In this document: positions 1 to 12,198 of the stretch, piece by piece
Layout: each line of letters begins with the position of its first letter
Numbering within the stretch: the first letter of the stretch is position 1
Source of the DNA: Eledone cirrhosa
Taxonomy: Eukaryota
Direction of reading: 5' to 3'
Assembly: GCA_964016885.1 (NCBI GenBank)
Contig: OZ024742.1
Location: forward strand, 234,174,001-234,238,000
Length of the DNA stretch: 64,000 nt
The notes under the pieces: model-generated
Databases searched by the model: none
What the model saw: the letters and a program-made list of their open reading frames with translations, nothing else
Told to the model about the DNA's origin: nothing
Made by a program: the position numbers and the translations under genes

Positions 1-815
1 TTTGTTTACCCATAATCAATTTGTAATTTGTATATTTATTTGGAACATCGCCAAAGATGTATTTTTATGGTTTAAAGTATGTGTAGCTTGCAAATCTGTA
101 GCTTCGAAAAGTTTATTATTAAAAGAAAGTATAGGACCGGTTAAATTCATTCAAATTCAATATCATTCTAAAATCATATTAAAATTGTATTTTGTGCTTT
201 GGAAATCCCAACTCTAAAAGGAATTTATTTTAATTTTATGAATCAAAGTAGAACAATTTATAGTGTTTCTGATTTAAATTAAAAATCAATAAAAAAAAAG
301 TCGGGAAGATAAAACAAAACACATGCATATTCAATTACAAACACTAAAAATGTTCGAGACAAGCGGGTGGTATCAAAGCAGAGCCTTTGTAATAGCTAAG
401 AATCTCCGCTAACATCACTCGATACTTCAGTTAATTTGAACCATTAACGATGACAAAACTTTCGTTGTCCTAAGCCCAGTTTTCCTGAACATATCGAATG
501 TAATTTACCTATAAATTAGGATACATTCGAACATTATTCTGTAAAATTACAAAACAAGCTCTGGTTTCGTTTATCTTTATATACAGGGTGGTCCGAAAGT
601 CTTGTCACCCCTTAGCAAAAAGTAATAAGAAACAGTTTATGTTCCCATCGCGTACCGTCCTCTTCGGAGGAGTTGGTTTGCCGAATCTTGCAGTGAAGTC
701 ATGTCGCACATCCTCCATGCTCTTGCTAGAATGCACACGACCATGTGTCCATACACTTGCAAGCAGCCTCACTTCCAAATTGTAGGAGCTCTGAAATAGA
801 AAATTATATTATTAT

Positions 816-1325
816 TCCCGCCGAGGTTAACTTTGCCTTTCATCCTTACGGGGTCGATAAAATAAAGTACCAGCAATGCCCTGGGTATTTGCTGGCCTTG
901 TGCCAAAAGTAGAAACAATTATTATTATGCGGTGGTGAATTAGCAGTATCGGTAGAGGGTTGGAAGCCATGCTTTGATGCATAGAGTTACGGCCCTTGCC
1001 ATTCTGAGTTCAAATCCCGCCTAGGTTAACTTTGCCTTTCATCCTTACGGGGTCGATAAAATAGAGTACCAGTAATGCACTTGGATAAATGCTGGCCTTG
1101 TGCCAAAAGTAGAAACAATTATTATTATGCGGTGGATTGGCAGTAACGGTAGAGGGTCGGACGCCATGCTATGACGCATAGAGTTACAGCCCTTGCCATT
1201 CTGAGTTCAAATCCCGCTGAGGTTAACTTTGCTTTTCATCCTTATGAGGTCGATAAAATAAAGTACCAGTAATACACTGGGTAATTGCTGGCCTTGTGCC
1301 AAAAGTAGAAACAATTATTATTATT
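816..1325 (+). mobile_element. Three head-to-tail copies of tRNA-derived SINE family A (about 816-927 partial, 929-1127, 1129-1325)
   Basis: A-box TGGCAGTATCGG, B-box GAGTTCAAATCC, central CTTTGCCTTTCATCCTTACGGGGTCGATAAAAT (resembles the Deu/Nin domain; inference), (ATT)n tail. Confidence 0.9.
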
Positions 1326-1371
1326 ATATATTATAATTAATGATATTATATATTATATTATTAAAACAAAA

Positions 1372-1665
1372 AATAATTGTTTCTACTTTTGACAGCAATT
1401 ACTCAGTACATTACTGGTACTTTATTTTATCGACCCCGTAAGGATGAAAGGCAAAGTTAATCTCGCCGGAAAATAATTGTTTCTACTTTTGGCACAAGGC
1501 CAGCAATTTTCCAGTGTATTACTGGTACTTTATTTTATCGACCCCCGTAAGGATGAAAGGCAAAGTTAACCTCGGCGGGATTTGAACTCAGAATGGCAAG
1601 GGCCGTATATCTATGCGTCAAAGCATGGCGTCCGACCCTCTACCGATACTGCCAATTCACCGCCC
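1372..1665 (-). mobile_element. Two antisense SINE A copies (about 1372-1470 partial, 1473-1665)
   Basis: Reverse complement of family A. A 20-bp direct repeat TAATCTCGCCGGAAAATAAT lies at 1458-1477 and 1671-1690. Confidence 0.9.
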
Positions 1666-1883
1666 TAAAATAATCTCGCCGGAAAATAATGAAAGTTAAA
1701 ACAATATGTGACAAGACTTTCGGACCACCCTGTAGAATAACGAAAACACGAGGTTATTTAAACTTAAAACTAGCGCACAATTATGTGAATTCTGGTTTTA
1801 GTTGTGTTTGGGGAAAATAACATTACAAATGCATAAATAACATTATAAATTGCTCGCAATTCGTTCAGAAGAACATTACAAAT

Positions 1884-2070
1884 ATAATTGTTTCTACTTT
1901 TGGCACAAGGCCAGCAATTATCCAGTGTATTACTGGTACTTTATTTTATCGACCCTGTAAGGATGAAAGGTAAAGTTAACCTCGGCTGGATTTGAACTCA
2001 GACCACAAAGGGCTGTAACTCGTTGCTGCAAAGCATGGCGTCCGACCCTCTACCAATACTGCCAATCCAC
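1884..2070 (-). mobile_element. SINE A copy
   Basis: Full reverse-complement copy. Confidence 0.9.
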
Positions 2071-2198
2071 AATGTTGATAAACACAAATGTAAAAGCATA
2101 AAAAAGGGAGAGAAAAAAAATGAGGGAGGGGGGAGTGCAAAAACAAAAATGACCATCAATTAACCAAGTACGACAAACAGCTGCACATCATATAAGGG

Positions 2199-2994
2199 TT
2201 AACTAAACACGTTGAGGTAAGCCAATATGCTCGCAGCATTGCAACGAGCGATGGCGCAGCTAAGGTACTGAAATAACCAGGCACCATCACCTGACACCTC
2301 AGTAAGGCGAGTCGCCAGCGATGACAAGAACTTTGCTGTCAGAGGCCCAACCCCACCAAACGTCTCGAACGCCACAGGCTGGAAAAAGTAATTACTCGAT
2401 AAATCCAGGTATTTTCTCAACTGAAGCAGTGACCCTCACATTTACCATGGCATCGAAGATGTGGGAGGGAGCAAAAGAGTATCTGATTGGCGTCCCAGAT
2501 GAGACACCTACCTCTTACCCAGGGGCAAAGGGTGAGGCCATCAGGTCTCTTCCCATCACTTTTGGATAATCTAGAACTGCAAGGATGTTTACATTTGATG
2601 ATTAAGTTTAGCTTGGTGTGATAGACGAAACGACCAGCATTCAGGCAACAGGACAAACCATGTAGACCTGTGGAGTTGCGGGACCTACTACAGTGACATC
2701 TCAGATCCCAACAGACATCAGCCCCCACTCGAAGTACAATGGAGATGCGGAGCTCATCCTGACTGAGAAGGCCACCAATGCTGGCTTCGAGCAGGGCATC
2801 AATCCAGTCTCCCGAGAACTTTGCGCTTGCAGAAAGTAAGTGGCACCTAGAAAATTGATCGAAATGATCAGAGAGAGAGTTAAAAGTTTCCCCCGAATGT
2901 AGATTGTCCCATACTTTCTGCTTCCATCTATCCTCATCAGCAATGGTAACTGACAAACCCAGCTCTCTCCGCTGTAGTAAAGCTTCATCCATCT
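2199..2994 (-). mobile_element. CRE-clade non-LTR retrotransposon 3' remnant (zinc knuckle plus restriction-like endonuclease)
   Basis: GLHGLSC, DGKRPDGLTLCPW..G..LIWD, KY.DL...YFFQPVAFETFG and RCNAAS motifs; frameshifted. Confidence 0.8.
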
Positions 2995-3912
2995 CCTTCA
3001 ATAAGGGAGACAAGAGATTGTTCTAATTACAGAGGGATCTCCTTGTTAAGCTTCCCCGATAAAGTCTATGCTAAGTGTCTGGCAAAGAGATGCAGGGAGA
3101 TTGTTGAGTACAAGCTAGATGAAGAACAGTGCAGTTCTCTCCCTGGATGCAACACAGCTGACCAAATATTCACACTGCGGCAGGTCTTCAAGAAATTGTG
3201 GGAGTTCTACCAAGAGGTATATTCTTGTTTTGTCGACCTTGAAAAGGCATATGATCACGTTTGTTCCTCGGGACCTGCTGTGGAAGGTTGTGCAGGAGTA
3301 TGGGGTCGGTGGTCAGCTTCTTGCTGCTCTGATGTCTCTATACGAATGCCCAAGTATTTGTGTTTGGATAAATGGTGCTAAATCGAAAGCATTCAATGTG
3401 GGAATCAGACTCTGCCAAGGGTGCGTATTGTCAACTCTCCTGTTTATTATTTACATCAGGGTTTCCCAACCTTTTTTCAGCCAGCACCGGGCTGGGGGTG
3501 GTATGACTGGCAGATGTAAAATCATTCGGCTGGAATTTGCAGATGACATGGTGTTACTCAACTCGTCAGAAGATGATCTTCGACTTTCACTTGATAGGTT
3601 TAATGCCGAGTGCTGTATGACTGGAATGAAAATCAGTGCTGCAAAGACTGAGACACTTGTCCTCTCAAGGAAGCTTGCGTAGTGCACTCTACATGTGAAT
3701 GGAGTTCCACTGAAGCAGGTAGAGAAGTTCAAATATCTCGAGGCCATGTTTCCAAGTGGTGGAAAGCAGGAGGCTGAATTAAGTGCAAGCATTGCAGGAG
3801 CTGGTGCAATAAAAGCCAAACTTGCTTTCTTCAATTCGCTATTCATGCGTACCCTTACCTATGGTCATGAATCTTGGGTAATGCCTGAAAGAATACGATC
3901 GTGAATACAAGC
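2995..3912 (+). mobile_element. RTE-clade (Expander/Rex3-like) RT fragment, degraded
   Basis: KGDKRDCSNYRGISLL, FVDLEKAYDHV, QGCVLS, FADD, VEKFKYL, LTYGHESW. Confidence 0.85.
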
Positions 3913-5404
3913 ATATCAATATTATTTTTCTACAGAATCATTTATAAAATCCCCTTTTTATATTTCCTAGGTATACTGTAGATTACCAATATAAAGTATA
4001 TAGGTCAGAATAAAATACATATATTTAATACTTGAGGTTGTAGGTATTCTAACCGATACCTGGGTTTCACACAATGCCAATAACTCATGGTACTTTTTGT
4101 CGTGACACCTTCACGACCACTGTACAGTGTGGACTGGGCGGTTTTGTCATGACCACTATATAGTGTGGGCTAGGGTCTTTTGTCATGGCTCCAGGGAGGA
4201 TCACTTTATGGAGTGGGTTAGGAACATAAAGTGATCCCCCTCCTGGAGCCAGGACAAAAGAACCCAGCCTCTGTATACAAATGTATGAAAAGAGAAAACT
4301 GCATTTTTCTTGCACGAATGACACAATCTTGCACTGATATATTTAGTTCCTGTATTTCAATCTAATTCATTCTGACAGAGATCATCAGTTACTTGCTTTC
4401 TAGATCTATTTAACCTTTTTTCTTTTTTTTTTACCATATTTCTAATGGTATACATAAGCTATGTAGTATCATAGTTTATTTTATTCATTATTAAGCTGGT
4501 GTTTGGAACATTACTTAATAAAAAAACTTTTTGCATAACATCATATATAATTTTAAAAAAATTGAGATATGGTTTCACATTGGTATCAAATAGCTTAATC
4601 CTACTTATTCCATAGGAAATCCTCTTAATAATTTCTTTCACGCCCCTCTCTTTCCACTAAATTATGTTGCTATTTGGAAAATATTCCCTCAAAATTTAAA
4701 TATTTCTAATAACCACATTTTGAAAATCTTCACCAGAATTCTTTTTTTATGTGTAAAAGGAATCAGTTGTGTGTTACAGAGAAAATAAAATGTGCTTGTA
4801 ATGTGTGTGAATGATGACAGCTAGCCAAAGAAATGTCAGGCAATCCAAGTGGAAGGAAGCTCAGGAAGATATTGGCAGAAGTGGTGTAAGCTGATCTCAG
4901 AATGCCAAACTCTACAAAGGAGAGGACAAAGGACTGCAATTGCTGGTAAGATGTTAAACTGAAGATGACCTATTCAACCTATAGAAAAAAAGATGATGCT
5001 GATGCCAACTACCACCATTATATCTGCTGGGACCTTTCTGATTTTTTTTCTATTTTCTTTTCTAACAACAGTTGCTTGCAGTTTCTATTATTGATGAGTG
5101 GAGTGTATATTTGAGTGCATTAGTCACCCTGTCCTTATGGATAACAATAGGAAGCTTGTCCCTGTAAGCATGTATGATTATGTTGTTAATGTCCTGTTAC
5201 TAATGACCTAAATACAAGGAGTGGCAGAAAGTTTCACTATAGTAAGAGAGAAGTGTTTTAGAGCAGTAAAGAGAGACAGAGAGAGAAGTGCTATAGAGCA
5301 GCAGTGTATATTGACAGATATTGTAACCTAAGCAAACATGAAAGAACAGCCAAACTCCTATTGTCATTGCCTCCATCTCTCTGGCTCTCCCCATCTCTCC
5401 GTCA

Positions 5405-5816
5405 TATTTCTAATGAAAGACATTGCCTATAATTTTCAAATCATTTCAAAAATAATCAGGAATTTGAAGGGGTTTAGTAATATAACTTTGTCATTATTAA
5501 CCTGGTGAATTGGCAGTATCGGTAGAGGGTCGGACATGCTTTCCAGCATAATTACGTCCCTTTACGATCTGAGTTCAAATCCTGCCAAGGTTAACTTTGC
5601 CTTTCATCCTTACGGGGTCGATAAAATAAAGTACCAGTACTGGGTAATTGCTGGCTTTGTGCCTAATATAGAAACAACTATTAACCTGGTGTTTAGAACA
5701 TAACTTGACAATGGTTCTTACATAGAATTATGATGTAAAGTTTATACATAAATACAAACAGTTTTCTATCATAGAAACAGATGCAGTTTTAAACAGTTTG
5801 GTATCAAAAGGATTAA
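5405..5816. mobile_element. TTAA-ended MITE (piggyBac-like) interrupted by a SINE A at about 5503-5680
   Basis: Ends GGTATCAAAAGGATTAA. Related copies at about 4410-4598, 6005-6532 (opposite orientation) and 47015-47205. The SINE is flanked by a 13-bp TSD TATTAACCTGGTG (5495-5507 and 5679-5691). Confidence 0.6.
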
Positions 5817-6004
5817 GTGGTACACAGCTTCCTCTGTCCCTTACTTGCTAAATCTTCCTTGCTGTCATTTTTTATTGTTCTATTTACTCTTTATCTTCAA
5901 CCTTCTAAACCATATCTCTCTGCTCCTCTATTTTAACAAAATTATCATTAAAGGTTGCTTTACAAGCTTCTCTCATTGTCATCCTACTATCTGCCATCTC
6001 CATA

Positions 6005-6532
6005 TTAACACTTGATACTAAACCACATGGATACTAAACCACATGAAAATGTCCCTGGTTCTTTGATACGAAGCCGTTTATTTTGAAATGTTTATATAAA
6101 CATTATCATCATCATCATACATCCGTTTTCCCAGTTTACATGGATTGAATGAGTCTTTTCCAGCACAGCATCCTTCCACTTGTTGCAGTCCTTTGTTATC
6201 TCCTTTGTGAGCTTCAGTGATTTGAGATCAGCCTTCACAACCTCAGCCCAAGTCTTTGGTCTCCTTCTACTGTAGCTTACTTTCATTGTAATTTCTTGGC
6301 CCTTCATCCAACAGTCGTTGTCCATGCTCATTACATGGCTATACCAGTGCAGTCATCTCTCCTGCACATTACATCTATCTTCCATCAAACTTTTATGTAA
6401 GAACCTTTAAGTTGTGTTCCAAATACCAGCTGCATAATGAGTAAGCTATATTACTAAATCCTTCAAAATTGTTGATTATTTTAAAATCATGGGTAGTATC
6501 TATCATCAGAAATATGGCAGCAAAAGGGTTAA
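6005..6532. mobile_element. Same MITE family, interrupted by an antisense RTE 3' fragment (about 6104-6380)
   Basis: TTAAC...AAAAGGGTTAA ends. The insert reads RRRPKTWAEVVKADLKSLKL on the minus strand with a (CAT)n tail. Confidence 0.6.
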
Positions 6533-7477
6533 TGTTCCTTTATGTTCTAACTCTTAATTTTAAAGATAAATTTTTAGTTTAAATACAGAAAAAAAACCCT
6601 GTCAATATTTCATATAATCTCACAAAAACTCCATCCAATACGAAAACTCAACTTATAATGTTTTTTTGGCAGAATCAGTAGAGCAGCTCTACAGTATTTA
6701 GTTATGACTTTCTACGTTCTGACTTCAAATTCCTCTGTGGTCAACTTTGCCTTTCATGCTTCCAGGGTTGATAGATAAAATAAAGTACCAGTTAAGTACT
6801 GGGACCAATAAAAAGGATTTTTTCCCTTTCCCCAAATTGCTGGCCTTGTGCAAATGTTAGAAGTGAAAAAGAATTATGGAGAATTGTATAAAATGACACT
6901 GCCCTCAAGATATCTAGCTACTTGAAATATTCACTTTATTAATGTTTTCATCATCATCATCATCATCTTTGTTATATATGTAAAAACACACAACACCTGG
7001 CAGTAAGAGTAACATGAAATAAAATGTCTTGCTCAAGGACATAATGCAACACCTGGTCTGGGAGTTGAATTCGCAACATTGCAAGTTTGATTCCTGGGCC
7101 AGGCGATGTTGTGAGTTCGATTCCCAGACCAGGCGATACATTATGACACTTTATTTCATGTTGATCTTTCTGTCAGGAGTTGTGATCGGTAGATAATATC
7201 AGCAATAAGAAGACCAATGGAAATATTGTTTCCTTTGGTCTAATTTGACGAGTTCTACTCCACTCAGTAAACGAATAAGGTCTCAGACCTTGTTGATCGA
7301 TTAAAAAAAATGTACACACACACACACACATCATTTCGCATGTATCCTATCATTTGGATTCCTCCTCCTCATCATCATCATTTTACATCTGCTTTCTACA
7401 CTGGCATGGGTTGGGCAGGTTTTCATGGCCTGTGACTTTGTTCACACATTTTGTTTTTGACATGATTTCTACAGCTG

Positions 7478-8888
7478 GATCATCATCATCATCATCATCA
7501 TCATTTTACGTCCGCTTTTCCCTGCTTGCAAGGGTGGGACGGGTCTTATTCAGCACAGCATCTCTCCACTCGTCACGGTCCCTCGTCATCTCCACCGTGA
7601 GCTTCAATGATCTGAGGTCTGTTCTCACCACCTCCGCCCATGTTTTTCGTGGTCTACCTCTACCACGTCTTCCTTCAACTGGCATTTCCTGGCACTTCTT
7701 CACCCATCGGTCATCCTCCATGCGCATCACATGTCCATACTACCTCAGTCTCCTCTCCCGTACACTACATTCTATCCCTCTCAGACACAGTTTCTCTCTC
7801 AACACATTTATGCTGGGTCGTTCACGCACATTTACACTGCACATCCAACGGAGCATGCTTGCCTCATTTCTCTCCAGCCGTCGCATATCCTCTGCAGTTG
7901 CTGCCCATGTCTCACTACCATGCAGCATCGCGCTCCTCACACAGGCATCATACAACCGGCCTTTCGTACGCAGGGAGAAACCCTTCTTCGTCAACAGAGG
8001 AAGCAGCTCCCTAAACTTCTTCCAACCCGTCCTTATTCTAGATACTATGGCCTCGGAACACCCTCCTCCCATGCTAATCTGATCTCCTAGGTACCGGAAG
8101 CTATCCACCACTTCTATAGCGCCCTCTCGCATTTGAAAAATGTGTCTATCAGTGCGACTTCTACTGTCTAATTTCCCTGTACATCTACTGCATACATATT
8201 TCTCCCTACCTGTTAGTTTGCCTGCTATCCCGCTACATCTCTTGTGTACCCAGGACCTGCATTATGTGCATTTTATAGAATTTATGCCAGTTCCTTTTCT
8301 GCATATCGAACATGGCCATTTCCCTGACGGAATCAGGGTTTTGTCCTCTTTTCTACTCATCAACACTTTTGTCTTAGCTAGATTTACTCTCAGTCCTCTT
8401 GCTTCCAACTGCTGTTTCCATAGCCGGAATTTATTCTCTAGCTCCTCTACTGATTCTGCCATAAGAGCCAGATCGTCAGCATAGAGAAGTTCCCATGGAC
8501 AGCCAGTCTTAAACTCCTCTGTTATGGCTTGGAGGAGTATAATGAACAAGAGCGGGCTGAGGACCGAACCCTGATGTACTCCTACTTGTATCTGGAATTC
8601 CTCACTAAACTCCATTCCTACCCTGACTTTACTGAGAGTACCTCTGTACAAAGTTTGCACTGTCCTCACAAGCCATTCCTCAACACCCAGCTTCCTTAGG
8701 GACCACCAGATGACAGATCGGGGTACCCTATCAAAGGCCTTCTCTAGGTCAACAAAGGCTAAGTATAGTGGCTTATTCTTCTCTAAGAACCTCTCTTGCA
8801 TTTGTCTCACCAAGAAGAGGGCATCTGTTGTACTCTTCCCAGGCACAAAACCAAACTGCATCTCATCTAGTTTGACCCTTTCTAATTC
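7478..8888 (-). mobile_element. 5'-truncated RTE LINE (RT, PHD finger, C-terminal domain, (GAT)n tail)
   Basis: ORFs 8262-8918, 7740-8132 and 7506-7730 give [35 protein letters not shown] and GRGRPRKTW. Confidence 0.93.
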
Positions 8889-9108
8889 CAACCACTTTAC
8901 AGTATGTACTGGGTGCATATTACTGTGGCACCAGTACTATCAATTTACAGAATATATTGAGTGCATTTTACTGTGGCACCAGCACTGCCATTTTACAGAG
9001 TGTACTGGGTGCATTTATCATGGCACCAGTACTGGGTGCATTTTATTCTGGCACCAACACTATCACATAATGTGTAATATCGGGTACATTTTATCAGAAC
9101 ACCAACAC
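8889..9108. repeat. Tandem array of about 47-bp subunits (ccactttacagtgtgtactgggtgcatttt..tggcaccagcacta)
   Basis: About 4.5 degenerate units. The same unit occurs at about 4085-4230, 10820-10950, 15050-15230 and 50247-50490. Confidence 0.75.
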
Positions 9109-11099
9109 TTAGTGAGGTTGTTTATGACCTCAGTAGGGTGTAAAAAGACAGTAAAGGGAGAGGATGGGTGAATATGGTAGAAGAGGTTTTGTCGAGAAGA
9201 CAATGGTAACCACATGTTTGTTACTGTAAACCAGGAGGAGATATATATAGAGAGAGTGCAAGAACAAGTGTTTAGTGGTGGATGTTGTTAGAAGTGGTCT
9301 TGAGGAAATGGGATGATGGCTGGCTGTTCAAGAGCTTGCAGTGAAATGGTATCTCTTTTTATGTATGCATCACCGCAATGAATTCAAGGGTGAGCATCAG
9401 AAGATTGTTGAAGTTTAACACATCTCAAACTACTCTTTTTATTGTGAGCAAGATGGTACAGAGTCTGCAAGTAGTGAGTGAGTGTGATTTCAATTAGAAG
9501 AGAATGAGATATAGCAGATAGGACAGTTGAAAAGTGTCTGTACCAGAGTGGCAAATTAAAAGTCTTAACAGGAGTGTATAGGGTACACAATCTGTGTCTG
9601 TGAGCAGGTCTTTCCCAGCACTATGTGCCACCAATCGTTTCTGTCATTAGATTTAGCTTCTTGGGGTCTATTTTCACAACTTCATCTCATGTTTTCTGAG
9701 GTCTACTTCTTCTTTGTGTCAACTACAGTAGCTCAGTACTTCTTCATGTACCTGACATCTTCCATACATATCACATCTTCCATATACAGCACAACCTTCT
9801 CTTGTATGCTACAAATAATTCCTCTATTTTCCCCTCTGAACTCATTCATGACCTTTTATTTATGCACACTAACATTACACATCCAGCAGAACATGCTTGC
9901 CTCATTTCTTTCTAACACTCTCAGATCTGCTGCATTCAAGGCCCAGGTCTCACTCTTTTTCTGCCAGCAAAGGTAACAGCTCCCTGAACTTTCTCCACCC
10001 AACTCTTATACTGGCTGCTATAATTTCACTATGCTAACCTCGGCGAGTCACTAGAATATCGGATAGAGTGCTTTGCAGTATTCATTCCAGCTTTTTGCTC
10101 AGTTCAAATCCCACCAAGGTTGATAAAAGAAATACCAGTCTAGCACTGGGTTGATTCTTCCTCTATATCTCTTTCTCAGTTCCTTTCTCTCGCTCTCTAT
10201 CCTTCTCTGGAAGAAATATGCTATACTGAGGCCTGGGTAGAGGATGAGCTCTACCAGGTTTAAATATGCCTAAGAAACTCTGTATGTCAGTATGGCGCCC
10301 CTACGACTCCCTCAAGAGTTACATGTCCATACAATACAGCCTCTACTATTGATGAGATCACTTAGCTGAAGCTATTGACTATACCTAGCATGTCTTCAAT
10401 GCATATGGAGGAAATTACAGTCAACTGTTCCAGTACAGCTACCAGAAATGAAGTTTTCTTTTTCTGTTAGGGAACTATCGACTCCCTAAACGTCCTTCTG
10501 CTTGTTCTCACCCCATTTAAAATATTTTCAGAGAATCCCCACCTAACTTTACAAGGTGGATTGTATGCTTTTCATCATAGCACCCTCACTACCACTTTAC
10601 AGTCTGGTCTGTCTCAAGAGGCATTGATGGGGATGGGGTTGTATAAATGAGAGGAGCGCATGCTATATGTATATCATCATCATTATCATTTAACATGCAT
10701 CTTCCACACTAGGATGGGTTGACCCTTAGGGAGAGAATCAAGTCAGAGGACCATGTTTAGCTCACCCAGGGCAGATTTTGGCTTGGTTTTTACAGCTAGA
10801 TGCCCTTCCTAATGCCAACTACATTTACAGTGTGTGCTGGGTGCTTTTTGTCGTGCCACCTACACGACCACTTTACAATGTGGACTGGGCACTTTTTGTC
10901 ATGTCGCCGACACAACCACTTTACAGTGGGGACTGGGCACTTTTGTCTTGGAACTAGGGAGGAGGAGGGAGGTTGGGGAAATTGTGGACAAAGGTAATAG
11001 GGGAGGGATGGTTACCACAAAGGGAGATGTATGGGAGGGGAAAAGGTTGAGGAACGCGTTGCCTACTAGGTATAAGGCTCAGTCAGAATAATAGAGGCC

Positions 11100-11965
11100 G
11101 GGTCTTCTGTAATACTGCATAACCCTAGAAGTCACGGTCCTGTGTCATTGCTTTGGTGAAGTGTACTTGTGCAAGGTCAGCTTTTATTACCTCATCCCAA
11201 GTCTTTCTAGGCCTGCTCACTCCACAGCTACCATCAACTTTGAGCACTCTGCACCTTTTTATACAGCTGCCATCCTTCATAGGCATTTCATGTCCATACC
11301 AATGCAATCTCCTCCCCTGCATGTAACAACTGATCCCTCTTATGCCTAATTTCTCAAGCAGTACATTTATGCTTTGCCGTTCATCATCATCATCATCATC
11401 ATCATCAGGTTTAGCGTCCGTGTTCCACGCTTGCATGGGTTTGGACGGGGGTTTTCCCACTTGAGGCAAGAGTGGTTGTCTTGCTCGCATAGGACTGTCT
11501 GGCGGGTTTTCTACAGTTGGATGCCCTTCCTAACACCAACCACATTTACAGTGTGGGGCTGGGAGGTTTTTACCGTGTTGCCTACACGGCCACATTTACA
11601 GCGTGGACTGTGTGTTTTTTTTGTCGTGACACCTACACGATCTCATTTGTTTCGGCCTGGATGTTGTGGGACCAACATAACTTTACATTGAAAGGGGCGG
11701 TGTGGATGGGGTGGAGGTGGTGGGACGGGGGTGTGTTTTGATAGAGATGCCTACTGACTGTAGTAGGTTTTTACTTTGTATTTAGGTAAGGCGGGTCTTC
11801 TCTATTACTGAGTACCGCCAAAGGTCTCGGTCCAGTGACATTGTCTTGGAGAGGTGTAAGCGTGTGAGGTCGGAATTTATCAGCTCGTCCCATGTTTTTC
11901 TGGGTCTGCCTACTCTGTGGCTACCGTCTATCTTTATTGCCCTGCACTTTGTTATACAGCCGTTC
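11100..11965 (-). mobile_element. Nested antisense RTE 3' ends (11381-11965 adjoining an older copy at about 11100-11380)
   Basis: Reverse complement of 26390-26970, including GRPRKTWD and the (GAT)n tail at 11381-11406. Confidence 0.85.
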
Positions 11966-12056
11966 ATGTATATATATTAAAAGTATTTAACCATTATTGT
12001 ATTGTCTGTTTTTGCCAATCGATAAATCTATTTTACTTTTCTTTCTTTGTAAAGTC

Positions 12057-12198
12057 ATGGCAATTATTTGTTATTACCAACATGGTGCATTAAGTGTTTA
12101 TAGCCAGCAGGCTTGTTTGGCGAAATTAAAGGCATCAGTTCCAAAACTTGAAGATTTGGAGACAGAAAACTGCTATTATGTATCTTGTCAGGAAAAAG
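12057..12198 (+). CDS. PFAS: PFAS coding exon 1 (MAIICYYQ...[11 protein letters not shown])
   Basis: Polypyrimidine tract and AG at 12053-54 precede the ATG at 12057. Donor GTTGGT at 12199, phase 1. Confidence 0.85.

Larger units (their letters stand above)
584..1732 (-). mobile_element. Internally deleted Tc1/mariner-superfamily DNA transposon
   Basis: Perfect 25-bp TIRs CAGGGTGGTCCGAAAGTCTTGTCAC at 584-608 and 1708-1732, with TA on both flanks. A minus-strand N-terminal HTH-like remnant at about 630-790 reads YNLEVRLLASVWTHGR...FTARFGKPTPPKRTVRD. Confidence 0.88.

Noticed and set aside
509-538. Possible 30-nt minus-strand microexon (TTTTACAG...GTAAAT)
   Set aside because: No partner exons or recognisable peptide. 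Such motifs arise by chance in AT-rich DNA.
929-1030. tRNA gene calls at SINE heads (also 12751, 40084, 55195, 56580)
   Set aside because: A and B boxes are present but run into SINE bodies and tails with TSDs, and no full cloverleaf is evident.
4357-4390. Second hammerhead-like CTGATGA...GAAA on the minus strand
   Set aside because: No convincing stem II, stem I or cleavage triplet.
7354-8484. Long plus-strand ORFs (242, 124, 119 and 114 aa)
   Set aside because: They are antisense shadows of the minus-strand RTE coding region.
10210-10620. GC-richer unique-looking stretch, possibly coding
   Set aside because: Stops in the frame I read, no long ORF in the track and no recognisable motif. 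It is probably an unidentified old repeat.
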